Counted from the stretch's first letter, positions 32,418 through 42,916 are shown. The stretch is 64,000 bases of DNA from an uncultured Granulicella sp. (GCA_965213835.1 OZ243923.1:1845518-1909517); one strand, 5' to 3'. Numbers and translations: made by a program. Notes: generated by a model from the letters alone, not told the origin.

Positions 32418-32732
32418 CTACCGTTTCCTCCAGCGAATCCATCCGGGCGTCCAACTTGCCGGTCATGTAGTAGAACTCGTTCATCGCCCGGTCCAAGGCG
32501 TTGAAACGCCCCAGCACCTCGGCGGGCCGGCTGATTGACTTCCGCCCGCAAATCAGCTCCCTGCTTCGCGATTTCGCGATTTCCACCCGCAGATCAGTCC
32601 CCTGCTTGTCGATTTTCCGATCCAGCGCAGCAACTTCCGTACGCAATTCTTGGCATCTGCGCGGTTGAACAGAATCCCGGTAAACACGGCAAGCAGCGGA
32701 ATCCCGACAATCACGACGTCATGCATGTCCAT
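32418..32732 (-). pseudogene. Small TM + coiled-coil protein gene disrupted by about four indels
   Basis: RBS aaggagg; reconstructed MDMHDVVIVGIPLLAVFTGILFNRADAK/LRTEVAALDRKIDKQGTDLRVEIA/KQGADLRAEVNQ/AEVLGRFNALDRAMNEFYYMTGKLDARMDSLE/KR*; 8-nt duplication at 32568-32583. Confidence 0.6.
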
Positions 32733-32773
32733 TCCCTCCTTTGAGAATACGCCCATCTCCCCACAGCCGTGGC

Positions 32774-34335
32774 TCACTTTCGGCCTGTCCACTTCACCCC
32801 CGGCCGAGCGACCGCATACATCTCGCTGCCGATCTGGTCGAACAAGCCGCGCTCATCGTTGCCCACCCGATACAGGTCGAAGTGACTCCGTCCCGGCAGA
32901 TAGCTGAAGTGCGGCTCCGCGCCCAGCTTCGCCAGACGAGCCTCAAACAGGTGCGCCGACCCATCCAGGTAGAACGTGTCCGCCGTCCCGACAAACAGGT
33001 GAATCCGCCCGCGCAGCATCGCTCCACGCTGTGCCCAGGTGCGGTCGACGATGTTTGCCAGGTCATAATGCGCGCCCCAGTACGCGACCACCTGCGGGTC
33101 GACCGCGCCAGTCGCACGATCGAACATCGGCATGGGTGCCCCATTCTCTCCGCGCGGAGAAAACACCCAGTCGAACGACGCAAACTGCCCGCCGTACGGA
33201 CCGATCACCTCTTCCAGCTGCGCAAACGGCTTGATATAGGAAACCACTTTTCCATTCATACGCATGATTGGGTAGAGCTGCCCATCCGGCCTGGTGTACA
33301 CGTTTGCGCTCGACGCATACAGGTCCGGACCGGTGAAGTTGTGGAAGTCCGAAGGATCGGGCGAGGTCGACCACGTCCCCCCAAAAACTGCGGATAGTTC
33401 ACTTCCAGCTGCAGCGTCGCCCATCCGCCGGAGCTGTGGCCGTTCAGAAATCTTCCCGACGGACGCGCGTCCATGTGGTAGCGCGCTTCCAGCATCGGAA
33501 TGTACTCCGCCGTCAGCGCCGTGCCCCACGGCCCATTGTTCACCGAATCCGCAAACTCATGCGTGCCGTGCGCACACGATTCGTCCAGCATGACCCAGAT
33601 CATCGGAGGCATACGTCCGTCCAGCATGCGCCTGCGAATCTCGATCCCCTGCGACAGACCGCTGGTCAATCCGCCGCCAAAGCCCGCCGTGTAGTATGCC
33701 GTCGGATAACGTTGCTGCGGGTGTTCGGCATATCCCGGCGGAAGCACCACGTCCGCCTGCACAAAGGTCGGCGTCCCCCAGAACCGCGTCAGCGCCGGGC
33801 TCTCGAACCGTTGCAGCTCGATCTCCCCAGGCTTCACCGCATCCTGCAGCTTCGCTCGCAGGGCCGTCAGCCGTGGGTCGGGCGTCGGATGCTCATTGAG
33901 TGTCAGCGTCGTCTCAGCCGGAGCCACGGCCGCTACCGCGCTCACCCAGTCCTGCGGCCCCCGCCCCGAGTAGTTGTAAGAGTGATTTGTATCCAGCACC
34001 GCCTGCGCCTCATACGTCCCGGCGGGCATGGCGCTCAACGATCCCGGATACATCGCCGTGCCGCCGCCCGCCTCGCTCTCTACCCGCACCGACTCGCCCG
34101 GCCGAAGATCGTGCACCTCCAACGCCCCGACCCACACATCTTCCGGAGTAAACTCCGCTGCGCTCACCTCCTTGTCGCCCGCGCCCTTCTTCGCAAACAC
34201 CAGCAGCCGCCCGCTCACCGGCCCCGCAGCCGCCGCACCCAGCTGAACCGTAAACCCCGGCCGCGACGACGGCGAACCCTGCCCCAGCGCCACGGCACTC
34301 ATCACTCCCAAAGCCACAATCGCAATCGTCTTCAC
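32774..34335 (-). pseudogene. Secreted putative esterase (alpha/beta hydrolase) split by a single frameshift
   Basis: 5' ORF 33256-34335 has signal peptide and GHSSGG nucleophile elbow; continues as FGGTWSTSPDP in ORF 32774-33529; shift at the T5G6 run (+ strand 33377-33387). Confidence 0.75.
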
Positions 34336-34438
34336 TCAGAACGCCTCTCAACTCGAAACTCTAAACGGAACCGCCGGTCTTTGCTTTGTGCTTTTACGCG
34401 CAGCCCTCCAGCCAGGTTCCCTTATACTCAAATCTCCG

Positions 34439-35905
34439 ATGATCACTCCGCAGGCAAAGCAGTTCGAAGAGACCGCGCTGAAGAACTATCTGCTCGATCA
34501 CGCCTATGACGAAATGTTCACCGGCCCCGACGAGCTGCACGACCACTACACTCCCCTGCTCGATCACTTCAGCAACCTGCCTCCCGGCGAGCTGCAGCGC
34601 CGCAAACAGGCCGCCGACCTTTCCTTCCTCAACCAGGGCATCACCTTCACCGTCTACGGCCGCGAGCAGGGCGTCGAGCAGATCTTCCCCTATGACCTCC
34701 TCCCCCGCATCATCACCGCCGCCGAATGGGCCACGGTCGAGCGCGGCCTGACCCAGCGCATCCTGGCCCTCAATCTCTTCCTCCGCGACATCTACAACGA
34801 AGGCCGCATCCTCGCCGACGGCGTCGTCCCCCGCGAGGTCGTCTACTCCTGCAAGCACTTCCGCCGCCAGATGGTCGGTCTCCAGGTGCCCCGCAACGTC
34901 TACGTCGCCGTCTGCGGAACCGACCTCATCCGCATGGAAAACGGCGAGTTCGTCGTGCTCGAAGACAATCTCCGCGTCCCCTCCGGCGTCTCCTACATGC
35001 TCACCAACCGGCGCGTCATGAAGCGGATCTTCCCGCAGATGTTCCGTTCCTACAACGTCCGGCCCATCGAAGGCTATACCCAGGCCCTGCTCGGCACGCT
35101 GCGTTCGCTCGCGCCGGAAGGCCGCCCCGAGCCCAACATCGTCCTGCTCTCGCCCGGCGTCTTCAACTCCGCCTACTTCGAGCACGCCTACCTCGCCCGC
35201 CAGATGGGCATCGAGCTCGTCGAAGGACGCGACCTGGTCACGCACGACAACGTCGTTTACATGCGCACCACCTCCGGGCTCCGCCGTGTGGACGTCATCT
35301 ACCGCCGCGTCGACGACGACTTCATCGACCCGCTCGCCTTCCGCGGAGACTCCATCCTCGGCGTCTCCGGCCTGTTCAATGCCTACCGTGCCGGCAACGT
35401 CACGCTCGCCAACGCCTTCGGCACCGGCGTCGCCGACGACAAGGCCCTTTACGCCTACGTCCCCGACATCATCAAGTACTACCTGACCGAAGAGCCCATC
35501 CTCCAGAACGTAAAAACCTATTTGCTGACTGAAAAGAAGTCCCGCGACCACGTCCTCCAGAACCTCGACAAGCTCGTCGTCAAGGCCGTCGGCGAATCCG
35601 GAGGCTACGGCATGCTCATCGGCCCGCAGTCCACCAAAGCCGAGCAGGAGCAGTTCGCCGAAAAGATCAAGGCCGACCCCCGCAACTACATCGCCCAGCC
35701 CACCATCAGCTTCTCCCGCGCCCCTTGCCTTATCGGCGACACCCTCCAGCCCCGCCACGTCGACCTTCGTCCCTACGTCCTCTACGGCGACAAGGTCACC
35801 ATCGTCCCCGGCGGCCTCACCCGCGTCGCCCTCAAGGATGGCTCGCTCGTCGTCAACTCAAGCCAGGGCGGCGGCTCCAAAGACACCTGGGTTCTCAGCC
35901 AGTGA
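34439..35905 (+). CDS. Circularly permuted type 2 ATP-grasp protein
   Basis: [58 protein letters not shown]; start set at MITPQ. Confidence 0.9.
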   Translation: MITPQAKQFEETALKNYLLDHAYDEMFTGPDELHDHYTPLLDHFSNLPPGELQRRKQAADLSFLNQGITFTVYGREQGVEQIFPYDLLPRIITAAEWATVERGLTQRILALNLFLRDIYNEGRILADGVVPREVVYSCKHFRRQMVGLQVPRNVYVAVCGTDLIRMENGEFVVLEDNLRVPSGVSYMLTNRRVMKRIFPQMFRSYNVRPIEGYTQALLGTLRSLAPEGRPEPNIVLLSPGVFNSAYFEHAYLARQMGIELVEGRDLVTHDNVVYMRTTSGLRRVDVIYRRVDDDFIDPLAFRGDSILGVSGLFNAYRAGNVTLANAFGTGVADDKALYAYVPDIIKYYLTEEPILQNVKTYLLTEKKSRDHVLQNLDKLVVKAVGESGGYGMLIGPQSTKAEQEQFAEKIKADPRNYIAQPTISFSRAPCLIGDTLQPRHVDLRPYVLYGDKVTIVPGGLTRVALKDGSLVVNSSQGGGSKDTWVLSQ

Positions 35906-35989
35906 CCCCGGCGAAAACGAGCATACTCTCGCCTGACGCTCTTGCTTCGGTGTAGCCTTGCATCCTGCAGGATAGGAGGCAGAAGCGAT

Positions 35990-37540
35990 ATGTCCGTAAA
36001 ATTGCAAGCCTGCTCCGCGTTGGTAGCGCTGCTTGGAGCCCTCGCGACCGGCTTCGCCCAGCAGCCCATTCTCATCGATGCCCACGCCCCCGCCACCCCG
36101 TTCCCCCACTTCTGGGAGCAGATGTTCGGCTCCGGCCGCGCCAACCTTGTGCTGCGCCAGGCATACCAGGACGATCTTCACGCCGTTCACGGCATCACCG
36201 GCGTCCAGTACGTCCGGGGTCATGGCATTCTGGACGACGAAAACGGCGTCTACACCGAAGACGAACACGGCAACGCGGTCTATAACTTCGCCTATGTCGA
36301 CCAGATTTACGACGCCATGCTGAAGCAGCATGTCCGTCCCGTCGTTGAGCTCTCCTTTATGCCAAAGCGCCTCGCCTTCAACCCCGACGCGCTGCATCCG
36401 TTCTGGTACAAGCCCAATGTCAGCCCGCCCAAATCCTGGCAGCGCTGGGACGCCCTGATCACTGCGTTGGCACAGAACCTGATCGCTCACTTCGGGGCAG
36501 ACGAGGTCGCGCAGTGGTACTTCGAGGTCTGGAACGAGCCCAATATCGACTTCTGGGGAGGCATCCCGCGCGACCAGTCCTACTTCGAGCTGTACGACCA
36601 CACCGCCCGAGCCCTCAAGGCCGTAAGCCCACGGCTCCAGGTAGGCGGCCCGGCCACCGCCGCCGCGGACTGGGTGGAAGCATTTCTCGCCTATACCAGC
36701 CAGCACAAGTCCCCGGTCGACTTCGTCAGCACGCACGGATACGCGAACGACTCCATCGACAACCTCTTCCCCGCAAATCAGCAGCTTCACATGCCGCGCC
36801 CCGCTCCCGATACCCCCTCCGATGAGCGCGTCTGCCTCGCCGTGCACAAAGTGCGCGCCCAGATCGATGCGGCGGGCCGGCGCGACCTGCCGCTCTTCTG
36901 GACCGAGTGGAACGTCGAAGGCGAATCGGAGGCCTTTGATACCACCTTTGTCGGACCGGGGCTGGCCAACACGATCCGCCAATGCGACGGAGCCGTAACC
37001 ATGATGAGCTACTGGACACTTTCCGACGTGTTTGAGGAAGGCGGTCCCATCCCTCGTCCATTTCTTGGCGCCTTCGGCCTGCGTGCTTCCTTCGGCATCA
37101 ACAAACCCTCGTTCTACGACTTCGCCCTGCTCCACAAGCTTGGCTCCCAGCGTCTGGCAAACGCCTCGCCGGATATCCTGGTTACCCGCGAGTCGGACGG
37201 CGGCCTCGTCGTCGCGGTCTGGAACATCGTCGATCCTGCGCCGGACGGGCAGCCCTCCTCGTTGCTCCACGCCGCCTCGCGCACGTTGACTCTGGACCTC
37301 CGGAACGTCGCAGCAAACGCCTCCGTCACCATCGAGCGCGTCGACAATGAACATGGCAACGTTCTTCCCATTTACAAGCAGATGGGCAGCCCGCAATACC
37401 CCACCCCCGCGCAGGTTGAACAGCTCAACCGCGCCACCGCCCTGCCGCCGCCTGAGCAGACTCGGCTGAACCATGGCAAACTGGAGCTGACCCTCGAACC
37501 CAATGCACTTGCTCTGATTCACATCCCGTCCTCGCGTTAA
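35990..37540 (+). CDS. Secreted glycoside hydrolase family 39 (beta-xylosidase-like)
   Basis: Signal peptide GFA|Q; YVRGHG, PVVELSFMP, EVWNEP (acid/base), GGPA, WTEWN (nucleophile), MSYWTLSDVFEE. Confidence 0.85.
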   Translation: MSVKLQACSALVALLGALATGFAQQPILIDAHAPATPFPHFWEQMFGSGRANLVLRQAYQDDLHAVHGITGVQYVRGHGILDDENGVYTEDEHGNAVYNFAYVDQIYDAMLKQHVRPVVELSFMPKRLAFNPDALHPFWYKPNVSPPKSWQRWDALITALAQNLIAHFGADEVAQWYFEVWNEPNIDFWGGIPRDQSYFELYDHTARALKAVSPRLQVGGPATAAADWVEAFLAYTSQHKSPVDFVSTHGYANDSIDNLFPANQQLHMPRPAPDTPSDERVCLAVHKVRAQIDAAGRRDLPLFWTEWNVEGESEAFDTTFVGPGLANTIRQCDGAVTMMSYWTLSDVFEEGGPIPRPFLGAFGLRASFGINKPSFYDFALLHKLGSQRLANASPDILVTRESDGGLVVAVWNIVDPAPDGQPSSLLHAASRTLTLDLRNVAANASVTIERVDNEHGNVLPIYKQMGSPQYPTPAQVEQLNRATALPPPEQTRLNHGKLELTLEPNALALIHIPSSR

Positions 37541-37552
37541 GGAGTCTTTCAT

Positions 37553-38545
37553 TTGCTTTCCCGCGTAGCCGATTCCCTCTACTGGATGTCCCGCCAGCTC
37601 GAACGCGCCGAGCACACCACCCGCCTGCTCGACGTCAACCTGAACCTCATGCTCGACGAAAGCTCCTCCTCGGCCGACCGCCGATGGCAGCGTCTTCTCC
37701 TCTCGCTCGGCAACCCAAAGGACGTCACCTGGTCCGGCGACCCCTTCGCCCTCACCCGCTGCCTCACCTTCGACGCCAACAACCGCGCCTCTATCCTGTC
37801 GCTCCTCATCGCCGCGCGCGAAAACTCCCGCCACGTCCGCGAGCAGATCTCCACCGAGCAGTGGGCCCGGCTCAACTCGCTCTACCTCCAGGTCACCCGG
37901 CCCGAAATCCAGCGCGCGCTCGACGACGCCGAAGCCCCCACCGAGTTCCTCGGGCAGGTCATGGAAGCCGTGCACCAGTTCCAGGGCGTCACCGACTCCA
38001 CCATGAGCCACGGCGAAGGCTGGCAGTTCATCCAGGTCGGACGCTATATCGAACGCGCCAGCGCCACCGCCGCCCTTCTGCTCGCCTACCATGAAGACCT
38101 CTGGGGCGACCCCAACCAACACCCCACCCAGTCCTCCGACGTCCTCGCCGAAGGCAACGAGTATCTCGAATGGATGGGCCTGCTCCGCTCCGCCACCGCC
38201 TTTGAGGCCTACTGCAAGGTCTATACCGCCGACCTCACGCCCGAGCGCATCCTCGAATTCCTCCTGCTCGACGAAGAGTTCCCCCACTCGCTCCGCTTCT
38301 CCATCGACTCGCTCCAGAACGCGCTGGAATCCATCCAGCTCGAAGGCGGCAAGACCCGCGCCGACCAGCTTCGCCGCCTAGCCGGCCGCCTTCAGGCCCA
38401 GCTCTCCTACGCCGGCGTCGGCGAAGTCCTCTCGCAGGACATCGTCGCCTATCTCAAATCCGTCCAGGCCCAGTGCGGAGCCATCCACGCCACCATCTAC
38501 CAGCTCTACATCGACTACTCCATCCAGGCCGCGCTCGCCGGGTAA
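37553..38545 (+). CDS. Alpha-E domain protein
   Basis: LSRVADSLYWMSRQLERAEHTTR, ARENSR, GRYIERA, FPHSLRF; RBS aaggag before TTG. Confidence 0.9.
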   Translation: MLSRVADSLYWMSRQLERAEHTTRLLDVNLNLMLDESSSSADRRWQRLLLSLGNPKDVTWSGDPFALTRCLTFDANNRASILSLLIAARENSRHVREQISTEQWARLNSLYLQVTRPEIQRALDDAEAPTEFLGQVMEAVHQFQGVTDSTMSHGEGWQFIQVGRYIERASATAALLLAYHEDLWGDPNQHPTQSSDVLAEGNEYLEWMGLLRSATAFEAYCKVYTADLTPERILEFLLLDEEFPHSLRFSIDSLQNALESIQLEGGKTRADQLRRLAGRLQAQLSYAGVGEVLSQDIVAYLKSVQAQCGAIHATIYQLYIDYSIQAALAG

Positions 38546-38566
38546 CCCGATCACCCAGGAGGCACC

Positions 38567-39577
38567 ATGTATTACTCCATCCGCCACCTCACCAAATTCC
38601 TCTACGACAACCCCGTCTCCGAGTCCATGATGGAGGTCCGCATGCATCCGCGTTCGGACCAGAACCAGCGCTGCCTCACCTTCCATCTCTCCGTCAGCCC
38701 GCGCTGCCGCGTCTTCTCCTACCGCGACCACCTCGCCAACCACGTCCACCACTTCGACATCCCCGGCCAGCATGGCCAGCTTGTCATCGTCGCCGAAGCT
38801 CTGGTCGAAGTTTCCCCGTCGCTCGAAATCCCCTCCTTCCTCGCCCCGGGAGCCTGGGACGACCTCGACCAGATCGTCCGCGAAGGCGACTTCTACGAGT
38901 TTCTCCATGACAGCGAGTTCTGCATCTCCACCCCGCTCCTCGACGAACTGGCTGCGAAATTCGACGTCCGCCGCCGCGACGATCCGCTCATGCTTCTGCA
39001 CGAGCTCAACAAGAATCTCTACCAGTACTTCGGCTACAAACCCCGCTCCACCAAGGTCGACTCCCCGATCGACGTCGCGCTCACCAGTCGCCAGGGCGTC
39101 TGCCAGGACTTCGCCCACATCATGATCACGCTTGTCCGGACCAAGCTCCGCATGCCCTGCCGCTACGTCTCCGGCTACCTCGCCCACCGCGGAACCCCCA
39201 CCGCGGATCCCCGCCGCGACGAGATCGACCGCTCCGCCGCCTCGGCCACCCACGCCTGGGTCGAAGTCCTGATGCCTCACTTCGGCTGGGTCGGCTTCGA
39301 TCCCACCAACTGGCTCGTCGCCGGTGATCGCCACATCCGCACCGCTATCGGGCGTGACTACGCCGACGTCCCACCCACCCACGGCATGTTCCGCGGACGC
39401 GCCAAGTCAGAACTCACCGTAGCCGTCCGCGTCACCCCCACCGACGGCGCACCGAACCTCGAACAGGAGATGCCCGTCCCCGAAGATTGGTCGATTCTCG
39501 TCGAAAAGGCTCAGGCCCTGCCCGACCAGCCCCCACCGCTCACCCTCATGCAGCAGATGGCCCAGCAGCAGCAATAA
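38567..39577 (+). CDS. Transglutaminase-like protein
   Basis: GVCQDFAH (Cys), HAWVEV (His), FDPTN (Asp), GRDYADVPP; ends MQQMAQQQQ. Confidence 0.92.
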   Translation: MYYSIRHLTKFLYDNPVSESMMEVRMHPRSDQNQRCLTFHLSVSPRCRVFSYRDHLANHVHHFDIPGQHGQLVIVAEALVEVSPSLEIPSFLAPGAWDDLDQIVREGDFYEFLHDSEFCISTPLLDELAAKFDVRRRDDPLMLLHELNKNLYQYFGYKPRSTKVDSPIDVALTSRQGVCQDFAHIMITLVRTKLRMPCRYVSGYLAHRGTPTADPRRDEIDRSAASATHAWVEVLMPHFGWVGFDPTNWLVAGDRHIRTAIGRDYADVPPTHGMFRGRAKSELTVAVRVTPTDGAPNLEQEMPVPEDWSILVEKAQALPDQPPPLTLMQQMAQQQQ

Positions 39578-39586
39578 AAGTATGCC

Positions 39587-39620
39587 GTGCCCCATTCATC
39601 GCGCCTTTGCGATGGGTGGG
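39587..39620 (+). repeat. REP-like palindrome
   Basis: gtgccccattcatcgcgcctttgcgatgggtggg between convergent genes. Confidence 0.75.
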
Positions 39621-39660
39621 TCCTCCACGAACCCGATCAATCTCTCAGACCCAGGCAGCT

Positions 39661-40518
39661 CTATAGGTTCAGCTTCTTGAACACCCGCTCCGGGATATTG
39701 CGGATCACAAACATGATCGGCTGCCACTGAAACGGCACATACAGCGTGTCCCTGCCAGCATCGATCGCCTTCACAATCGTCTGCGCCACCTTGTCCACGT
39801 CGGCAAACTTCTCCGAACCCTTCATCGAAGCCGTCATCCCTGTGCGCACGGGACCGGGCTTGATCGTCAGCACCGTCACACCTTCGCGGTCCACACGGTT
39901 CCGCAGCCCGGCCAGAAACGCGCTCAACCCCGCTTTCGAAGCGCCATACAGGTAGTTCGACTTACGCCCACGATCTCCTGCCACGCTCGAAAGCACGGCC
40001 AGCGTGCCGGCGTGGCGCTGCACGCAGAAGTTCGCCAGCCACGTCAGCAGGCTCACCGCGCTGACAAAGTTCGTGTGAATGATGTGCGCCGCCACCTCGA
40101 AGTTCTTTTCCGCTTCGGGCTGGTCGCCCAAAATCCCATGCGCCAGGTACGCAACATCCATCCCCGTCAGCGAGTTCACCGCATGCGCCAGCAGCGCCGG
40201 ATGCGTATCCGTATCGTCCAGGTCCGCGATTGCCGTATCCACGTACCCCGCGCCGCGCGTCTTCAGGTCCGCTGCCACGGCGGCCACCTTCTCCGCGTTT
40301 CGTCCGACCAGAAACAGGTGCGCTCCCTGCTGTGCCCATATCCGGCACGTCGCCTCGGCGATGCCCGACGTAGCACCCAGCACCAGGATCTTTTTCGGCG
40401 CGCCGCTCGCCGCTCCGCCTGCCACGGCTACCGGCTCCGGCTCGAACCGCCGTGTCTGAATCGCATCCACTCCCAGATTGCCGGCCTCATCGCCGGCCTT
40501 GTTTTCGTAAGCACTCAT
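39661..40518 (-). CDS. SDR, DprE2-like (decaprenylphospho-ketopentose reductase family)
   Basis: GATSGIA, SSVAGDRGRKSNYLYGASKAG, IKPGPVRT; ATGA overlap with the upstream oxidase; true start MSAYENK. Confidence 0.75.
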   Translation of the reverse strand: MSAYENKAGDEAGNLGVDAIQTRRFEPEPVAVAGGAASGAPKKILVLGATSGIAEATCRIWAQQGAHLFLVGRNAEKVAAVAADLKTRGAGYVDTAIADLDDTDTHPALLAHAVNSLTGMDVAYLAHGILGDQPEAEKNFEVAAHIIHTNFVSAVSLLTWLANFCVQRHAGTLAVLSSVAGDRGRKSNYLYGASKAGLSAFLAGLRNRVDREGVTVLTIKPGPVRTGMTASMKGSEKFADVDKVAQTIVKAIDAGRDTLYVPFQWQPIMFVIRNIPERVFKKLNL

Positions 40519-41903
40519 AATCCTGGTCGGTCTCCGGTCACACGCTCCCAGAAGCTGCTGGTCAGCGTCGGGTCTTTGAAGCGCAGCAGCTGCTTCCACT
40601 GCGGGTAAAAGGTCTGAAACTGCCCGGCCGTCATGGCCGCATCCTTGGCCGGATATAGCCGGCCCCCGTAGTCGCGCGTCATATCTGCCAGCCGCTCGAA
40701 CAGAGGAAACGTCAGCCCTTCCTTGATCGGAAAGTCCAGCGCAAACGTGATCCCCGGCTGCGGAAAACTCATCAGCCCTGGGCTCGGACGATCGCCGAAC
40801 GCCTTCAGAACGGCCAGAAAGCTCGCCAGCCCGGACTCCGTAATCGCCTTCAGCATCGCCACCGTGGCTTCCTGCGCGGACTCCCAGGGCATCGCATACT
40901 GGAACTGTAGCAGCCCGGACTTCCCGTACAGCCGGTTCCAGTGCAGCACCTTGTCCAGCGGATAAAAGAACGGCTCGTAGTCCTGCAGGGTCTTGACCCG
41001 AGGCTTCATCTGCTTGTGAAAGAACGCCGTGTTGAAGAGCGAAACCGTCGTATGGTTCAGCGCAAAGCCAGGCGCGTCGAACGGAAACACCAGCTTCGGC
41101 TCCGGGCTTGGCTTCAGCTCGCTCGGCATGCGGCTGTGATCGCCCATCATGAACACGCCGCGCATAAAGTTCTTTCCGGTCGAAGCGCAATCCAGCCAGC
41201 TCACCGTGTATTCCACGTGCTCGGCCTGCCGGGTCAGCTCCAGGAACTCGTCCATTCCATGAAACTGAATCCCCTCGTAGTCGATCAGACGCGACACGAT
41301 CGGCTTCATCCGCACCTGCGCCCATGGAATCAGCCCCGTGATCCCAAGCCCACCGATCGTCGCCGCAAACCAGTCCGGGTTCTCCGTCGGCGAGCATAGC
41401 CTCCGCGTCCCATCGCTCCGCACCAGCTCGAATTGCGTCACGTGGCAGCCGAACGTCCCGGCCGAGTGGTGATTCTTGCCATGAATATCGTTCGCGATCG
41501 CCCCACCCAGCGTCACGTACTTGGTCCCCGGCGTCACCGGCAGAAACCACCCGCGCGGCACCGCGAAATCCAGGATCTGCTTCAGCGAAATCCCCGCCTC
41601 CGCCGTAAGCAGGCCCGTCGTCTCGTCGAACGCGAGCAAACGATCCATCCCGGTCGTCACCAGCAGGTTGCCTTCATTCAGCAGGCAGCTATCCCCATAG
41701 CTTCGCCCCAGCCCCACCGGCAACGCCCCGTTATGGACGCCTGTCAGCTTCGCCGGAAAATCACTCTGCCAATGCAACGGAACCAGGTTCGCCTGGTACT
41801 CGGGGTATCGTCCCCACGACTCAAACGGAGCCGACCCCGGCTCAAGCGTCGCGGCATGCGCGCGAACGTCAGATGCATCGGAAACGCTGTGTGCAGACGA
41901 CAT
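40515..41903 (-). CDS. FAD-binding oxidoreductase, DprE1-like
   Basis: GRSYGD, PVTPGTKYVTLGGAIANDIHGKNHH, GRLYPAKD; start set at MSSAH. Confidence 0.8.
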   Translation of the reverse strand: MSSAHSVSDASDVRAHAATLEPGSAPFESWGRYPEYQANLVPLHWQSDFPAKLTGVHNGALPVGLGRSYGDSCLLNEGNLLVTTGMDRLLAFDETTGLLTAEAGISLKQILDFAVPRGWFLPVTPGTKYVTLGGAIANDIHGKNHHSAGTFGCHVTQFELVRSDGTRRLCSPTENPDWFAATIGGLGITGLIPWAQVRMKPIVSRLIDYEGIQFHGMDEFLELTRQAEHVEYTVSWLDCASTGKNFMRGVFMMGDHSRMPSELKPSPEPKLVFPFDAPGFALNHTTVSLFNTAFFHKQMKPRVKTLQDYEPFFYPLDKVLHWNRLYGKSGLLQFQYAMPWESAQEATVAMLKAITESGLASFLAVLKAFGDRPSPGLMSFPQPGITFALDFPIKEGLTFPLFERLADMTRDYGGRLYPAKDAAMTAGQFQTFYPQWKQLLRFKDPTLTSSFWERVTGDRPGL

Positions 41904-41990
41904 ACTTCTAGAATAACCTGTCTCGCCAACCATCACAGCAGGACGGCATCTTCACTTGTTGGCCTCCCGAAGCGATCTGCGCCCGTCGCC

Positions 41991-42755
41991 CTAACGCCCC
42001 GGCTTCACCAGCCTGATCTCAAACACAGTCGGCCACTGCTTCCCCGTCACAAACAGCCGGTCGCCTTTTTCGTCATAAGCGATCCCGTTCAACACACTTT
42101 CCGCGTTGATCTTCTGCGAATCAGGCAGGATCCCCTTCAGGTCGATCCACCCCACCACCTTGCCGTCTTTGGGCGAAATCCTCGCAATCCGATCCGTATG
42201 CCATACATTCGCATACACCTCGCCCTTCACCCACTCCAGCTCGTTCAGGTCCTTGATCGCGTGCTCGCCGTCGTGCACCACCACATACCGCTTCTCCGCA
42301 AAGGTCTCCGGATCGCGAAATCGCAGCGTCGCAGATCCATCGCTGGTAATCAGTTCCTTCGCATTCCGCGTCATCCCCCATCCTTCACCCGAGTAGGAAA
42401 ACTGCCGAACCAGCCGAAACGAAAACCGGTCATACACAAAGCCCTGGTGCGTCTGCCACGTCCACTGGTACATATTCGGCCCAACGTTCACGATCCCCTC
42501 GCCGAACAGCGAAGCAGGCAGATCCGCTTCCTGCACGGTTTTGCCTGTAGCCACCTCGGTCGCCAGCAGCCCGGAGTGCCCGGTCAGCCCCGTCCCCTCA
42601 TAAAACATCCCGTTCAGGTATAGGAATCCTTCGGTATAGCTCTGCGTCGAATGAGGATACGTCTTCACGACCTGATACCCATACACCGGCACCTGCGAGC
42701 ATCCCGCCAGCACCCCCATCACCCAAACGCAAACCAACCCCGCCATCAATCGCAT
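41991..42755 (-). CDS. Glutaminyl-peptide cyclotransferase (plant/bacterial beta-propeller type), lipoprotein
   Basis: Lipobox LAG|C; YTEG, FGEG, EGWG, NELE, NGIA motifs. Confidence 0.88.
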   Translation of the reverse strand: MRLMAGLVCVWVMGVLAGCSQVPVYGYQVVKTYPHSTQSYTEGFLYLNGMFYEGTGLTGHSGLLATEVATGKTVQEADLPASLFGEGIVNVGPNMYQWTWQTHQGFVYDRFSFRLVRQFSYSGEGWGMTRNAKELITSDGSATLRFRDPETFAEKRYVVVHDGEHAIKDLNELEWVKGEVYANVWHTDRIARISPKDGKVVGWIDLKGILPDSQKINAESVLNGIAYDEKGDRLFVTGKQWPTVFEIRLVKPGR

Positions 42756-42777
42756 ACAAAACACTGTACACATCTCC

Positions 42778-42866
42778 GTGCCCCATTCATCGCAGCCTCA
42801 CCGCGATGAGTGGGTCGATCACCACCTCCGTGCCCCATTCACCGCAGCCTCACCGCGATGAGTGGG
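42778..42866 (+). repeat. Tandem pair of REP-like palindromes (52-bp period)
   Basis: gtgccccattca(t/c)cgcagcctcaccgcgatgagtggg at 42778-42814 and 42830-42866. Confidence 0.85.
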
Positions 42867-42916
42867 TCCACTCCATCCTTCCCCCTATCACACCCCACTC
42901 GCAATAAAATAGACCC

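Noticed and set aside
39661-41550. 629-aa ORF suggesting one large SDR fusion
   Set aside because: The N-terminal part is an off-frame shadow of the DprE1-like gene; the real SDR starts at 40518 with an ATGA overlap
42778-42866. Two ~37-bp repeats with a spacer as a mini-CRISPR
   Set aside because: Only two units, a 15-bp spacer, and the same motif is dispersed elsewhere, so it is a REP
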